32,000 bases of DNA from Pyrodictium abyssi (GTDB lineage Archaea > Thermoproteota > Thermoprotei_A > Sulfolobales > Pyrodictiaceae). Position 1 is the first letter of the stretch, and each line of letters begins with the position of its first letter. A program made the translations under genes and the position numbers. The stretch covers positions 1,830,001-1,862,000 of the forward strand of contig NZ_AP028907.1 in assembly GCF_036323395.1 (NCBI RefSeq), written 5' to 3'. The notes beneath the pieces are model-generated. The model searched no databases. It was not told the origin of the DNA and saw only the letters and a list, made by a program, of their open reading frames with translations. Below, piece by piece: positions 23,678 through 31,721 of this stretch.

Positions 23678-23863
23678 CTAGTGGCGTAGCCTCGTGTAGT
23701 GCTTAGTCCACTTTAGCTTACGTGGATCGCGGCCCATCTTCCATAGCTTAAAGCACTTGCTACTGCAGAACCACAGTATTGAGCCATCGTTCTTCACGTA
23801 CATTAGACCTGTCCCGGGCTCTATGTCGCGGCCACAGTAGGTACAGCTGTGCACCACCGGCAT
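23678..23863 (-). CDS. rpl24e: 50S ribosomal protein L24e
   Basis: 61 aa. [47 protein letters not shown]. Confidence 0.96.
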   Translation of the reverse strand: MPVVHSCTYCGRDIEPGTGLMYVKNDGSILWFCSSKCFKLWKMGRDPRKLKWTKHYTRLRH

Positions 23864-23869
23864 GGCTTA

Positions 23870-24115
23870 CTACCTCCTCCTACCTAGCCTCCTGGCTTCG
23901 CGCTCTGTCTCTCTCAGTATAACTATGTCGCCCAGCCTCACCGGGCCGAGGACGTTGCGCGTCAGTACACGGCCCTTGTCGCGGCCCTCAAGTACGCGTA
24001 CACGCACTTGTATGACCTCGCCGTGCACGCCAGTACGGCCTATTATCTGTATGACTTCCGCGGGGAAGCCTATTTCCTCGATAATGTTGAAGTCCTTGTC
24101 CCTGCGCTGGCTCAA
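23870..24115 (-). CDS. rps28e: 30S ribosomal protein S28e
   Basis: 81 aa. [60 protein letters not shown]. Apparent TTG start. Confidence 0.95.
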   Translation of the reverse strand: MSQRRDKDFNIIEEIGFPAEVIQIIGRTGVHGEVIQVRVRVLEGRDKGRVLTRNVLGPVRLGDIVILRETEREARRLGRRR

Positions 24116-24156
24116 GCCTCTCTAGCCCCCGCAGAGCCCCTAGCGAAAGCGGGCTA

Positions 24157-24163
24157 TAAAACA
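24157..24163. promoter_or_regulatory. Shared TATA box (TATAAAA plus / TTTTATA minus) between divergent rps28e and the HD-like gene
   Basis: GGGCTATAAAACAC lies 38-44 nt upstream of ATG 24201 (plus) and 42-48 nt upstream of TTG 24115 (minus). It is the only AT-rich box in the 85-bp spacer. Confidence 0.4.
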
Positions 24164-24200
24164 CAATGCCCCGGCAGACCCTGCCTCTGGGGCGTTCCGC

Positions 24201-24944
24201 ATGGTGCGCGAGGCGGTCGCCCACGTTCTCTCTAAGGTGCGCGGCATAGACCCTAAGAGGCTGCTCTCGGGGGTACCACCACGCGCGGTACTAGCTGCTT
24301 TCTATGCTGCAGAGCTTTGCAGGCTTGAGAACTGTAGCGAAGAGACGGCTGCCATAGCCGCCCTAGTTTACAGCCATAACCAGGCAGACAGTGTACTTGA
24401 CAAGGCTCCACAGCACATCGTGCACCACGTACGTAAGGTGCTAGAGGAGGCTGAATACGCTCATCTACGTTCGCCTTCATCCCAATACACTATGGTTGTG
24501 CTTGACGCCGACGTGCTAGCACGTATAGGCGCATTGTCGCTTTTCAACAGGTTTACAGAGTACCAGGCGTCGATAGCAGATATGCTCCAGGCTGCACTGG
24601 ATATACTGAGTTATGCCGTGGCATCCGACTATATACTGTATACACACTCTGCCAAGAAGCTGGCTAGCCGCATGAAGCCGCATACTATAGCGTACTTTAA
24701 CTGGCTTGTAGAGGAGCTGGCGAGCCTAGGTATAAAGGCTAGACTACGTACTGAGACCACAGTGGGCGGCGTCATATCCTACGTTGACCTACTATCTTGC
24801 CCGTGTGGCGATACTATTGTCAAGGAGAAGGCTGTGAAGCCCGCTGAGAAGTGTATGCGCTACATTCTACGCTATACGTGTAGAAGCTGCGGTCTAGATG
24901 TAGAGGCTACAACATGCATCCCGGAATCGACAAGGACGAGATAG
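24201..24944 (+). CDS. Hypothetical protein: degenerate HD-domain-like region plus C-terminal Cys4 zinc ribbon
   Basis: 247 aa with an ATG start. AIAALVYSHNQAD has HN where HD-domain proteins have HD. VVLDADVLARIGAL resembles the distal HD-domain Asp motif. The C-terminus has CPCG...x26...CRSCG. Confidence 0.6.
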   Translation: MVREAVAHVLSKVRGIDPKRLLSGVPPRAVLAAFYAAELCRLENCSEETAAIAALVYSHNQADSVLDKAPQHIVHHVRKVLEEAEYAHLRSPSSQYTMVVLDADVLARIGALSLFNRFTEYQASIADMLQAALDILSYAVASDYILYTHSAKKLASRMKPHTIAYFNWLVEELASLGIKARLRTETTVGGVISYVDLLSCPCGDTIVKEKAVKPAEKCMRYILRYTCRSCGLDVEATTCIPESTRTR

Positions 24945-25020
24945 AATACCCGTTTCCTCCGATTGATTACTGGTGGCAACACTAGTAGGATTAGCGGCGA
25001 GGAGCCGTTGGAGAGGCTTC

Positions 25021-25025
25021 AAAAA
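25021..25025 (-). terminator. Oligo-T (T5) terminator candidate after L7Ae
   Basis: Minus strand reads CAGTTTTTGAAG ~43 nt downstream of the L7Ae stop (25068-25070). Confidence 0.35.
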
Positions 25026-25067
25026 CTGCTGCGGTGACGTGTGCCCTATAAGAAGGGCTTTGGGGCT

Positions 25068-25448
25068 TTAAGCAGCCTTAGCCTTTAGCTCGTTTACAGC
25101 CTTTACTATCTCGTCAACTAGGCTCTTAGCCTCGCCTGGGTCTATTATGCACGCGCTTGCAGCAGCTACCTCTATGCCGGCTGCCTCGCCTAGCCTCTTC
25201 TTGCTGGGCACGTACACGTAGGGTATCTTCTTCTCCTCACATAGTAGCGGTAGGTGTGCCACTATCTCCGGTGGGTCCACGTCCTCTGCTATGAGTACTA
25301 GCTTTGCTAGGCCGCGCTCTACACACTTTGTGGTCTCGTTGGTACCCTTCTTTATCTTGCCGGTCTTCCTGGCTATCTCTAGTGCCTGGTATGCCTTCTC
25401 AGCTAGCTCCTCTGGTACCTCGAACCTTACGTAGAAGGGCTTGCTCAT
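25068..25448 (-). CDS. rpl7ae: 50S ribosomal protein L7Ae (K-turn binding protein)
   Basis: 126 aa. [61 protein letters not shown] preceded by GGAGGAGG. Confidence 0.97.
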   Translation of the reverse strand: MSKPFYVRFEVPEELAEKAYQALEIARKTGKIKKGTNETTKCVERGLAKLVLIAEDVDPPEIVAHLPLLCEEKKIPYVYVPSKKRLGEAAGIEVAAASACIIDPGEAKSLVDEIVKAVNELKAKAA

Positions 25449-25554
25449 GGCTCATCCTCCTCCCGGTGCCTGGTCGTCGCCCAGGTATCTGGGCGTGTAG
25501 AGCAGCTCTTACTGCTAGGGTTTACAAAACTAGCGGGCGGGCCTTCACGAGCTA

Positions 25555-27330
25555 TTACTCGTGAGCAAATATCATTACGACCTTCCTCGCCGAGCCGTCT
25601 TCTACCTCTACTGCGTCTACTCTCGCAAACCCTGTACGCACTAGCTGCACTATGTCTCCTTGCTTTAGCTCTGCCGCTGCGTACTCTACTACACCACGAC
25701 GCTGAATTAGGTCTAGGCCTTCGGGCACGAGGAGTTCTATATGTAGTGCTGTGTCCGCGGGTACCCACTGTATTATCGGTGCCTTATGTCTACGTGCTTC
25801 CTCGAGGCCAAGACTGTGGAATCTCGCTATTATCTTGTCGTTCTTGACGTCTACCACTTCTATGTTGAACGCCTCCATAAGCCTTATGACACTACCCTTT
25901 TTCATTAGCTTTCTATCGCTCTGGGATACGTATACTGTCGCTGTTGGACCTTCTAGTGTTATCCTCCTCGAGCCTAGCTTCCCCGACGGGTGGTAAGGTA
26001 TCTCGAACTCACGCTTCTCCCAAGGAAGCTCTTCTATCACCACTGGCGCCGGCGGTATAGCAGCCATTATTCTACGTGCTACTGGGTCTACGATGACACG
26101 GTTAGTAGCAGCTAGGTTAGCATAGCTTATACTTGCGTCAGTATACTTAGTGCCGACCTCTAGTATTAGCTTCCGTATAGCCTCGGCCGTTATACCGCGC
26201 CTCCTTAGACCCGCTATCGTGGCAAACCGTGGATCATCTATACCAGTGCTGACGCCCTGGTCGAGGAGCTGTTTTAGCGCAGACTTGCTCATTATGAAGC
26301 CTTCGAGCTTCAAGCGCCCAAAGTGCACGACATGCGGATACTTCCACCCCATGTACTCGTATACATACTTCTGCTTTGTCGTGTTCTGCATATGCTCCTT
26401 GGCGCGGAGTATGTGTGTTACACCCATCAACCAGTCGTCGACACCAGCTGCGAAGTTGTATGTAGGCCAGACGATGTAGCGATCGCCGACAAGTGGGTGC
26501 GGGTAGCGGCTTGTATCGATTATACGGAAAGCTACCCAGTCTCGGACGCTTGGGTCGGGGTGGTTAGGGTCAGTCTTTATCCTGACGACTGCCTCGCCTT
26601 CTGCGAAGCGGCCTTCGAGCATTCGGTCCCACATTTCTAGGTTTTCCTCGGGTGTACGTAGCCTGGACGGGTACTCGGAGAGCTTGCCAGAGTTGCGGTA
26701 TTTTCTGAACTCTTCGCCTGGCCTATCGTCTACATAGGCATGGCCTTTCTCTAGAAGCTCCTTTATTATTTGGTAGTATATCGGCATGCGTAGGCTTTGT
26801 ATGTACTCTTCATCCCAGCGGATGCCTAGCCACTCTAGGTCCTGTTTTATCAGCTCATATGCCTCGGGTAGCGGCGTCTTGGTGCGAGGGTCAGTGTCCT
26901 CAAAGCGAAGTATCATCCTCCCCTTGTACATTACCTTGTACTCGTAGCTGAGTATTGCTGGTCTCGCGTTGCCAAGGTGTATCACGAAGTCAGGGTTTGG
27001 CGCGAAGCGTGTGACAACCTTGCCTTCCTCTGCCCCGGGGAGTGGGGGCAGCGTCTTCTCCTGCTCTTTGGGCTTGCTGAGCTTCTCTAGTATCCAGCTA
27101 TACTTCTCCTCGAGTAGCCTCTTCTGCTCGTCTAGAGAGAGCCTATTTACCTCAGCTACGGCTTCACGTACTATCGCCACTATCTCGCGAGCATAGGGTC
27201 TCAGCTCTGGTTTTTCAGCCATAATCTTGCCCATCACCGGGCCTACTGCAGCGCTTCCACTATGCTCGACAGCGTTGACGAGAGCATACGCCTTTGCTAG
27301 CTCGCGTAGCTCGTCAGGATTGTATTTCAA
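25555..27330 (-). CDS. gltX: Glutamyl-tRNA synthetase (archaeal/eukaryal type)
   Basis: 591 aa. Class I motifs HLGNARPAILSY (HIGH-like) and FIMSKSAL (KMSKS). Apparent TTG start overlaps the upstream gene by 17 nt. Confidence 0.93.
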   Translation of the reverse strand: MKYNPDELRELAKAYALVNAVEHSGSAAVGPVMGKIMAEKPELRPYAREIVAIVREAVAEVNRLSLDEQKRLLEEKYSWILEKLSKPKEQEKTLPPLPGAEEGKVVTRFAPNPDFVIHLGNARPAILSYEYKVMYKGRMILRFEDTDPRTKTPLPEAYELIKQDLEWLGIRWDEEYIQSLRMPIYYQIIKELLEKGHAYVDDRPGEEFRKYRNSGKLSEYPSRLRTPEENLEMWDRMLEGRFAEGEAVVRIKTDPNHPDPSVRDWVAFRIIDTSRYPHPLVGDRYIVWPTYNFAAGVDDWLMGVTHILRAKEHMQNTTKQKYVYEYMGWKYPHVVHFGRLKLEGFIMSKSALKQLLDQGVSTGIDDPRFATIAGLRRRGITAEAIRKLILEVGTKYTDASISYANLAATNRVIVDPVARRIMAAIPPAPVVIEELPWEKREFEIPYHPSGKLGSRRITLEGPTATVYVSQSDRKLMKKGSVIRLMEAFNIEVVDVKNDKIIARFHSLGLEEARRHKAPIIQWVPADTALHIELLVPEGLDLIQRRGVVEYAAAELKQGDIVQLVRTGFARVDAVEVEDGSARKVVMIFAHE

Positions 27331-27877
27331 TCTCCTTTACCACCTCCTCTGGCGCCACCAGGACTATGTTCCTATCCGGCCCGGATTCAGGCGAGGAATA
27401 GATGTAAACTATAATGCCTTCCACATGGCTTCTGATGTGGCGTACCTCGAACTTCCTTGTTGCGACGAATCCCAGTGTATCCTCGACGCCTACTTTACTG
27501 CCCTCGCATACTTCTAGGGCTACACGCATACCTTCAAGAGGTATTGGCTCCAGGTAGCTGCCGGCTTCTACGAGGAGGCCCCTCTTATACTCCGGCGGGA
27601 GCACCACTATGAAGCTCCTTGTACACCTCTTAGCGACTATGTCCACTATGCTATCGAGCTCGACGCCGTATATCGCCTTACCAAAACACCGCAGACCATG
27701 AGGACACGTTTCAGCGCGCCTTGCCTTATTGTCTTCTAGTACTAGGTACTCGTCCGATTCTAGCCCTTCTATGAACAACTGGGGGATTAGGTAGGGCGAC
27801 TTGTGGCATTCCGGTGTCTGCTCCGTCACGTCTACGCTACCTCGTACGGGAGACCGCGAACCTGGCGAGTTCTTCAA
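27314..27877 (-). CDS. Hypothetical protein, C-terminal barrel-sandwich (biotinyl/lipoyl-like, DUF2118-like) domain
   Basis: 187-aa ORF. The C-terminal EVCEGSKVGVEDTLGFVATRKFEVRHIRSHVEGIIVYI resembles the hybrid-barrel motif. The longest ORF overlaps idsA by 41 nt; GTG 27829, 7 nt after the idsA stop codon, is a likelier start. The family call is tentative. Confidence 0.55.
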   Translation of the reverse strand: MKNSPGSRSPVRGSVDVTEQTPECHKSPYLIPQLFIEGLESDEYLVLEDNKARRAETCPHGLRCFGKAIYGVELDSIVDIVAKRCTRSFIVVLPPEYKRGLLVEAGSYLEPIPLEGMRVALEVCEGSKVGVEDTLGFVATRKFEVRHIRSHVEGIIVYIYSSPESGPDRNIVLVAPEEVVKEIEIQS

Positions 27878-28847
27878 GCATTTCTCTATACTCGCTTTCG
27901 GGGAGCACCTTTAGCGCTGCTAGTGCCTGCTCGCTGTAGCGGCGTGCAAGCTCCTCAGCGTATTCTATGGCCCCACTCTCCTTGATTAGTCTGGCTGCCT
28001 CCTCTATCTCCTCTCTGCCCGCGTCACGGTTACCAAGGACTTTTTCGAGCTTCTCCCGGGCTTCGCCTTCGAGTCTGCCTAGAGCGTAGAGTATTGGTAG
28101 TGTCTTCTTCCCCTCTCTTATGTCGCTTCCTACGGGCTTGCCTAGCTCCTCTTCCTTGCCCATTATACCTAGTATATCATCGCGTATCTGGAAAGCTATA
28201 CCAAGGCTCTTACCATAGCTCGCTAGCGAAGATAGTATGTTCTCATCGTCTGTGGCTACTAGCCCGCCGAGGACTGCTGATGCCTCGAACAAGGCCCCAG
28301 TCTTCTTGTATATCATTTTAAGGTAATCCTCTATGTCTACGTACTCCTCTTCTTCAAACATCATGTCCATTGCTTGGCCCTCAGCTATTATCGATGACGC
28401 TCTTGCTAGTACACGTACCGCCCTGGCCACTCTTTCGGCTGGCACGCCTTTGTCGCGTGCATCGGTTAGGGCTTCGAAGGCCTTAGCGTAGAGCAGGTCA
28501 CCTGCTGTTATCGCTAGGGGCTCGCCCCATAGCTTGTGGACTGTGGGTACTCCACGGCGGAACTCATCACGATCCATTATGTCGTCGTGTACCAGGGTGA
28601 AGTTGTGGACGAGTTCTACAGCTACCGCGAAGGGTAGTGCCTTTTCGGCTTCCTCTCCAAGAGCTTCCGCTGTCGCTACTACTATCACGGGACGGAGCCT
28701 TTTACCACCAGCTCTTATGAGGTGGAGAGCAGCGTTGTACAGCTCCTCGGGCTCGCCGTGGACCCGCGCGTATATGTAGCCGTCTACAAGCCCTGCTACC
28801 TTTGTTATGTAGTTTCGTAGCCTCTCGGAGAGCTGAGCCAAGTCCAT
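27837..28847 (-). CDS. idsA: Geranylgeranyl diphosphate synthase (trans-prenyltransferase)
   Basis: 336 aa. First Asp-rich motif LVHDDIMDRD, second Asp-rich motif FQIRDDILG, plus GKRLRP. Confidence 0.93.
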   Translation of the reverse strand: MDLAQLSERLRNYITKVAGLVDGYIYARVHGEPEELYNAALHLIRAGGKRLRPVIVVATAEALGEEAEKALPFAVAVELVHNFTLVHDDIMDRDEFRRGVPTVHKLWGEPLAITAGDLLYAKAFEALTDARDKGVPAERVARAVRVLARASSIIAEGQAMDMMFEEEEYVDIEDYLKMIYKKTGALFEASAVLGGLVATDDENILSSLASYGKSLGIAFQIRDDILGIMGKEEELGKPVGSDIREGKKTLPILYALGRLEGEAREKLEKVLGNRDAGREEIEEAARLIKESGAIEYAEELARRYSEQALAALKVLPESEYREMLEELARFAVSRTR

Positions 28848-28878
28848 CTTAACCTCCTAGGCTCTAGTGGCCCCGTGG

Positions 28879-30018
28879 CTACACAGGTGAGCAGCCGCTA
28901 CCAGGCTTGAATAGGACTCGGGGGCCATTAAGATATAGCTCGGGCTCTACTCCCCGAGCCTTCATGATGCTTAGTAGCCGGTGCCCTAGCACTATATCAG
29001 CGCCGCGTAGCTCTGCAAGGCTGCCAGAGCCAGATAGGAACATGGCTATACGGAGCTCAGTCACTAGTCTCTCTAGGAGCGCGCGAATAGCCTCTTCACC
29101 GCCACGTGCATACGCGTTAATCACGGGGAGCGCGACTCCGGCTATATCTGCCCCTAGGGCTATAGCCTTAGCTACATCGAGCCCGGAGCGTACGCCACCA
29201 CTAGCTATTATACAGGCATCTGGAGCCGCCCATCTAGCCTCTACTACCGCCTGGGCAGTCGGTATCCCCGTACTAGAGAACGTTGATGCAGCAGTGGCTA
29301 GCATCTCGTTGCCTTTAGCCCTAGCCCTGTACTGTTCTACTCTTATCCAGCTCGTGCCGCCAGCACCTGCCACATCTATGATTCTGACACCCGCTGCTCG
29401 CAGAAGTCTGGCCGCTTCCAGGCCTATACCATGGCCGGTCTCCTTGACTATTACAGGCTTCTCTATGGCGCTCGCTACATCTCTTATCCTCTCTATTACT
29501 CCGGCGTAGTCTGTGTCACCCTCTGGCTGGAAAGCCTCCTGTGCCGCGTTAAGGTGGATTGCTACAGCGTCAGCGCCTATCATTTCTACGGCCTTTCTTA
29601 TCTCCTCAATGCCGTATCCCTTGACAAGCTGTGGCGCGCCTATATTAGCTATTATAACAGCCGACGGCGCACACTTGCGTGCAACCGAGAATGTGTAAGA
29701 GAGGCTTGGATTCTCTAGGGCTGCTCTCTGGCTGCCGACACCCATTGCGAGTCCTAGCTCCTCGACCGCTTTAGCTATGGCGCAGTTTATCTTAGCCGCT
29801 ACAGCGTGACCCCCCGTCATACCAGTGACCATTATTGGCGCTGACAGTTTCTTGCCGAGAAACTCTATGCTGGCATCTACGCCGTTTAGAGACACCTCGG
29901 GGAGCGCTTTGTAGACCAGGGTTACGTCCTCAAACAGCGTGCTGGCACCGTCGTGGGACACATTACTGTCTATTGTTATCCTTATGTGGTCAAGTTTTCT
30001 AGGTGACGTAAGCGTCAA
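28879..30018 (-). CDS. fni: Isopentenyl-diphosphate delta-isomerase, type 2 (FMN-dependent)
   Basis: 379 aa. RKLDHIRI..., MVTGMTGG, VIVKETGHGI, DVAGAGGTSW and ASGGVRSGLDVAKAIALGA are typical IDI-2 TIM-barrel motifs. Confidence 0.93.
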   Translation of the reverse strand: MTLTSPRKLDHIRITIDSNVSHDGASTLFEDVTLVYKALPEVSLNGVDASIEFLGKKLSAPIMVTGMTGGHAVAAKINCAIAKAVEELGLAMGVGSQRAALENPSLSYTFSVARKCAPSAVIIANIGAPQLVKGYGIEEIRKAVEMIGADAVAIHLNAAQEAFQPEGDTDYAGVIERIRDVASAIEKPVIVKETGHGIGLEAARLLRAAGVRIIDVAGAGGTSWIRVEQYRARAKGNEMLATAASTFSSTGIPTAQAVVEARWAAPDACIIASGGVRSGLDVAKAIALGADIAGVALPVINAYARGGEEAIRALLERLVTELRIAMFLSGSGSLAELRGADIVLGHRLLSIMKARGVEPELYLNGPRVLFKPGSGCSPV

Positions 30019-30096
30019 GACTCTTCACCTTGGCTCCATCCGGGCTAGAAGCCCAGTGATATAACGGGTTTATGCACTGAGGTTGGCTTGCCGCGC

Positions 30097-30921
30097 CTAA
30101 AGTATAATACGTGTCCCGCTACCATGCCCCATTAACGCTGCGTAGGTATTCCCTTCACGCAGCCCATTTGTCACTAGGATTTCTCTTAGAGTAAGGCATC
30201 GATTAGCCCTTATTGCGTCAAGCTTCCTCTTTATACCACCAGTTACGTCTATCTTGCTACCCGTCTTCTGCTGCTCCACTATGCTGCTCTCCTCCAGCTC
30301 GTCCACATGGATCTCGTCTATCACCTTTCCATCAGCGTCAATTACACCATCTACATCCGTTACATAGACGACTAGAGGGCTGCCAAGACTGCAAGCCATT
30401 TCTATTGCCAACTCGTCACCGGATACTATGCACCAACTTTCCCCACACGCATAGACATCGCCATAGACTAGCGGTGTGACGCCCACCTTCATGTCGCGGA
30501 GAACGCTATTCCAGTTGCATCTGGGCACTAGCCCGTCAGGGTCGCAGAAGCTGTGCGGCGGGTATACTACTGGCTTTACCCCCTTAGACGCGAGTATATC
30601 CGCCATAGCGAGCACTAGCTCGAACATATACATTGTTACTAGCGTGAGCGCGTCTGCCGGTGGAGCGTCCAGCATACGCGCGCTAGAAGCAGCCACGTGA
30701 CCGTAGCTACCACCTCCAAGTACTATGCCTACCTTGATGCCGTTGCTTACTGCAGCCGCTATTTCTCCGGCTATACGGTTAGCTATAGCGTAGTTTAGCT
30801 TAAACGTTCTTTTGTCCGTTATTACGCTGCCTCCAATCTTTATAACACGAACTCCAGGGTATCGCCCAGCCCTGCTCCGGGTTTGCATATCCCGTATACC
30901 CTCTGAAGTGATGGTGTCCAC
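30097..30921 (-). CDS. ipk: Isopentenyl phosphate kinase (amino-acid-kinase fold)
   Basis: VRVIKIGGSVITDK, VLGGGSYGH and VSGDELAIEMA. The longest ORF starts at GTG 30921; ATG 30888 (MQTRSR...) is likelier. Either start overlaps the upstream gene. Confidence 0.88.
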   Translation of the reverse strand: MDTITSEGIRDMQTRSRAGRYPGVRVIKIGGSVITDKRTFKLNYAIANRIAGEIAAAVSNGIKVGIVLGGGSYGHVAASSARMLDAPPADALTLVTMYMFELVLAMADILASKGVKPVVYPPHSFCDPDGLVPRCNWNSVLRDMKVGVTPLVYGDVYACGESWCIVSGDELAIEMACSLGSPLVVYVTDVDGVIDADGKVIDEIHVDELEESSIVEQQKTGSKIDVTGGIKRKLDAIRANRCLTLREILVTNGLREGNTYAALMGHGSGTRIIL

Positions 30922-31700
30922 TTACACTCTGCGCGGGGTGTCTCAGCACCGTAGAGGAGGTAGAATACAGCATTGTCTACCCGCTGTACTAGTCTGAATA
31001 CCTCTGCTTCTCCTTCTCTTAGCCGTTTCACGGCCTCTACCACTGCTAGCCCACTCAGCCTTGTAAGCGCCGAGAAGAGGGGTTCTTCTAGTGCCTCTGC
31101 CGCCTCTTCTCCTATGTCCTCTTCTCCGACGAGCTCGAGTTCCAGCCTTATACCGGTACTTAGCTCTATGAGTTCTTCACCCTTCCTGTATACTATACTC
31201 TTGCCGAGCATAACGGCTTCACGGAGCCCATCTATGTAGTCCAGGCCTACGCCTGCCTCCGCGTCAATACTGCTAGCAGAGTCTAGCACTTCTCGCTGGT
31301 CTAGCTCGTAGCCTGCTGCATCGGCTATGCTCTTGACTAGCGCTAGTGTTGTCGCTGCATAGACCGAGGCAGCCGGGGGATATGATACGGGTTCGCCGAC
31401 ATTCACGGTGATATTGACTTTTATGGGCTGCTCAAGCCTTGCAGATAGTGTGTCTACAAAAGACTTCACCGCCAGGTCATAGCGCCATCCAAGCCTAACG
31501 CCATCTATTCTCGTGGTGGTCGTCTCGCTCTCTTCAACGTCAACATCTATTGACACAACCGGGTTAGGTGTCAAGAGTATTATGTAGGGGTTGGTTCTGC
31601 CCGGTAGCGGCACGCCCGCAAATACTATTGCTAGTGGAAACTCGTACAATGCTAGCCTCACACCCCGGTGCCGCAGGGCATGAATGCCACGTAGGCGCAA
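30840..31700 (-). CDS. Divergent GHMP-kinase-fold protein with degenerate phosphate-binding motif II
   Basis: 286 aa. The GHMP layout is recognisable: IKVNITVNVGEPVSYPPAASVYAATTLALVKSIADAAGYEL lies where PxGSGLGSSAA is expected, and the C-terminal KPGAGLGDT lies where motif III (K/T-GAGGGG) is expected. No mevalonate-kinase motif I (GKxILxGEHxVV). TTG 31700 or GTG 31661 start. Confidence 0.65.
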   Translation of the reverse strand: MRLRGIHALRHRGVRLALYEFPLAIVFAGVPLPGRTNPYIILLTPNPVVSIDVDVEESETTTTRIDGVRLGWRYDLAVKSFVDTLSARLEQPIKVNITVNVGEPVSYPPAASVYAATTLALVKSIADAAGYELDQREVLDSASSIDAEAGVGLDYIDGLREAVMLGKSIVYRKGEELIELSTGIRLELELVGEEDIGEEAAEALEEPLFSALTRLSGLAVVEAVKRLREGEAEVFRLVQRVDNAVFYLLYGAETPRAECKWTPSLQRVYGICKPGAGLGDTLEFVL

Positions 31701-31721
31701 TCCTATGCTATAGGGCTAGGC

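Noticed and set aside
25449-25554. Possible L7Ae autoregulatory K-turn in the rpl7ae 5' leader. Hairpins GCCCAG-AUAC-CUGGGC (25479-25494) and CCUGG-GCGACGA-CCAGG (25469-25485) lie next to the GGAGGAGG RBS.
   Set aside because: The hairpins are real, but I could not find the tandem sheared G.A/A.G pairs with a 3-nt bulge that define a K-turn or K-loop. This needs a proper motif search or an L7Ae binding assay.
186-31239. Numerous 60-200 aa track ORFs lying antisense to, or out of frame within, confidently identified genes. Examples: 186-488, 1312-1590, 3835-4296, 5817-6317, 6062-6598, 10015-10566, 17933-18265, 19344-19886, 28907-29509.
   Set aside because: These are shadow ORFs typical of GC-rich coding DNA. 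They show Ser/Arg/Pro/Thr-rich low-complexity translations, no motifs, and full overlap with genes that have strong family signatures.
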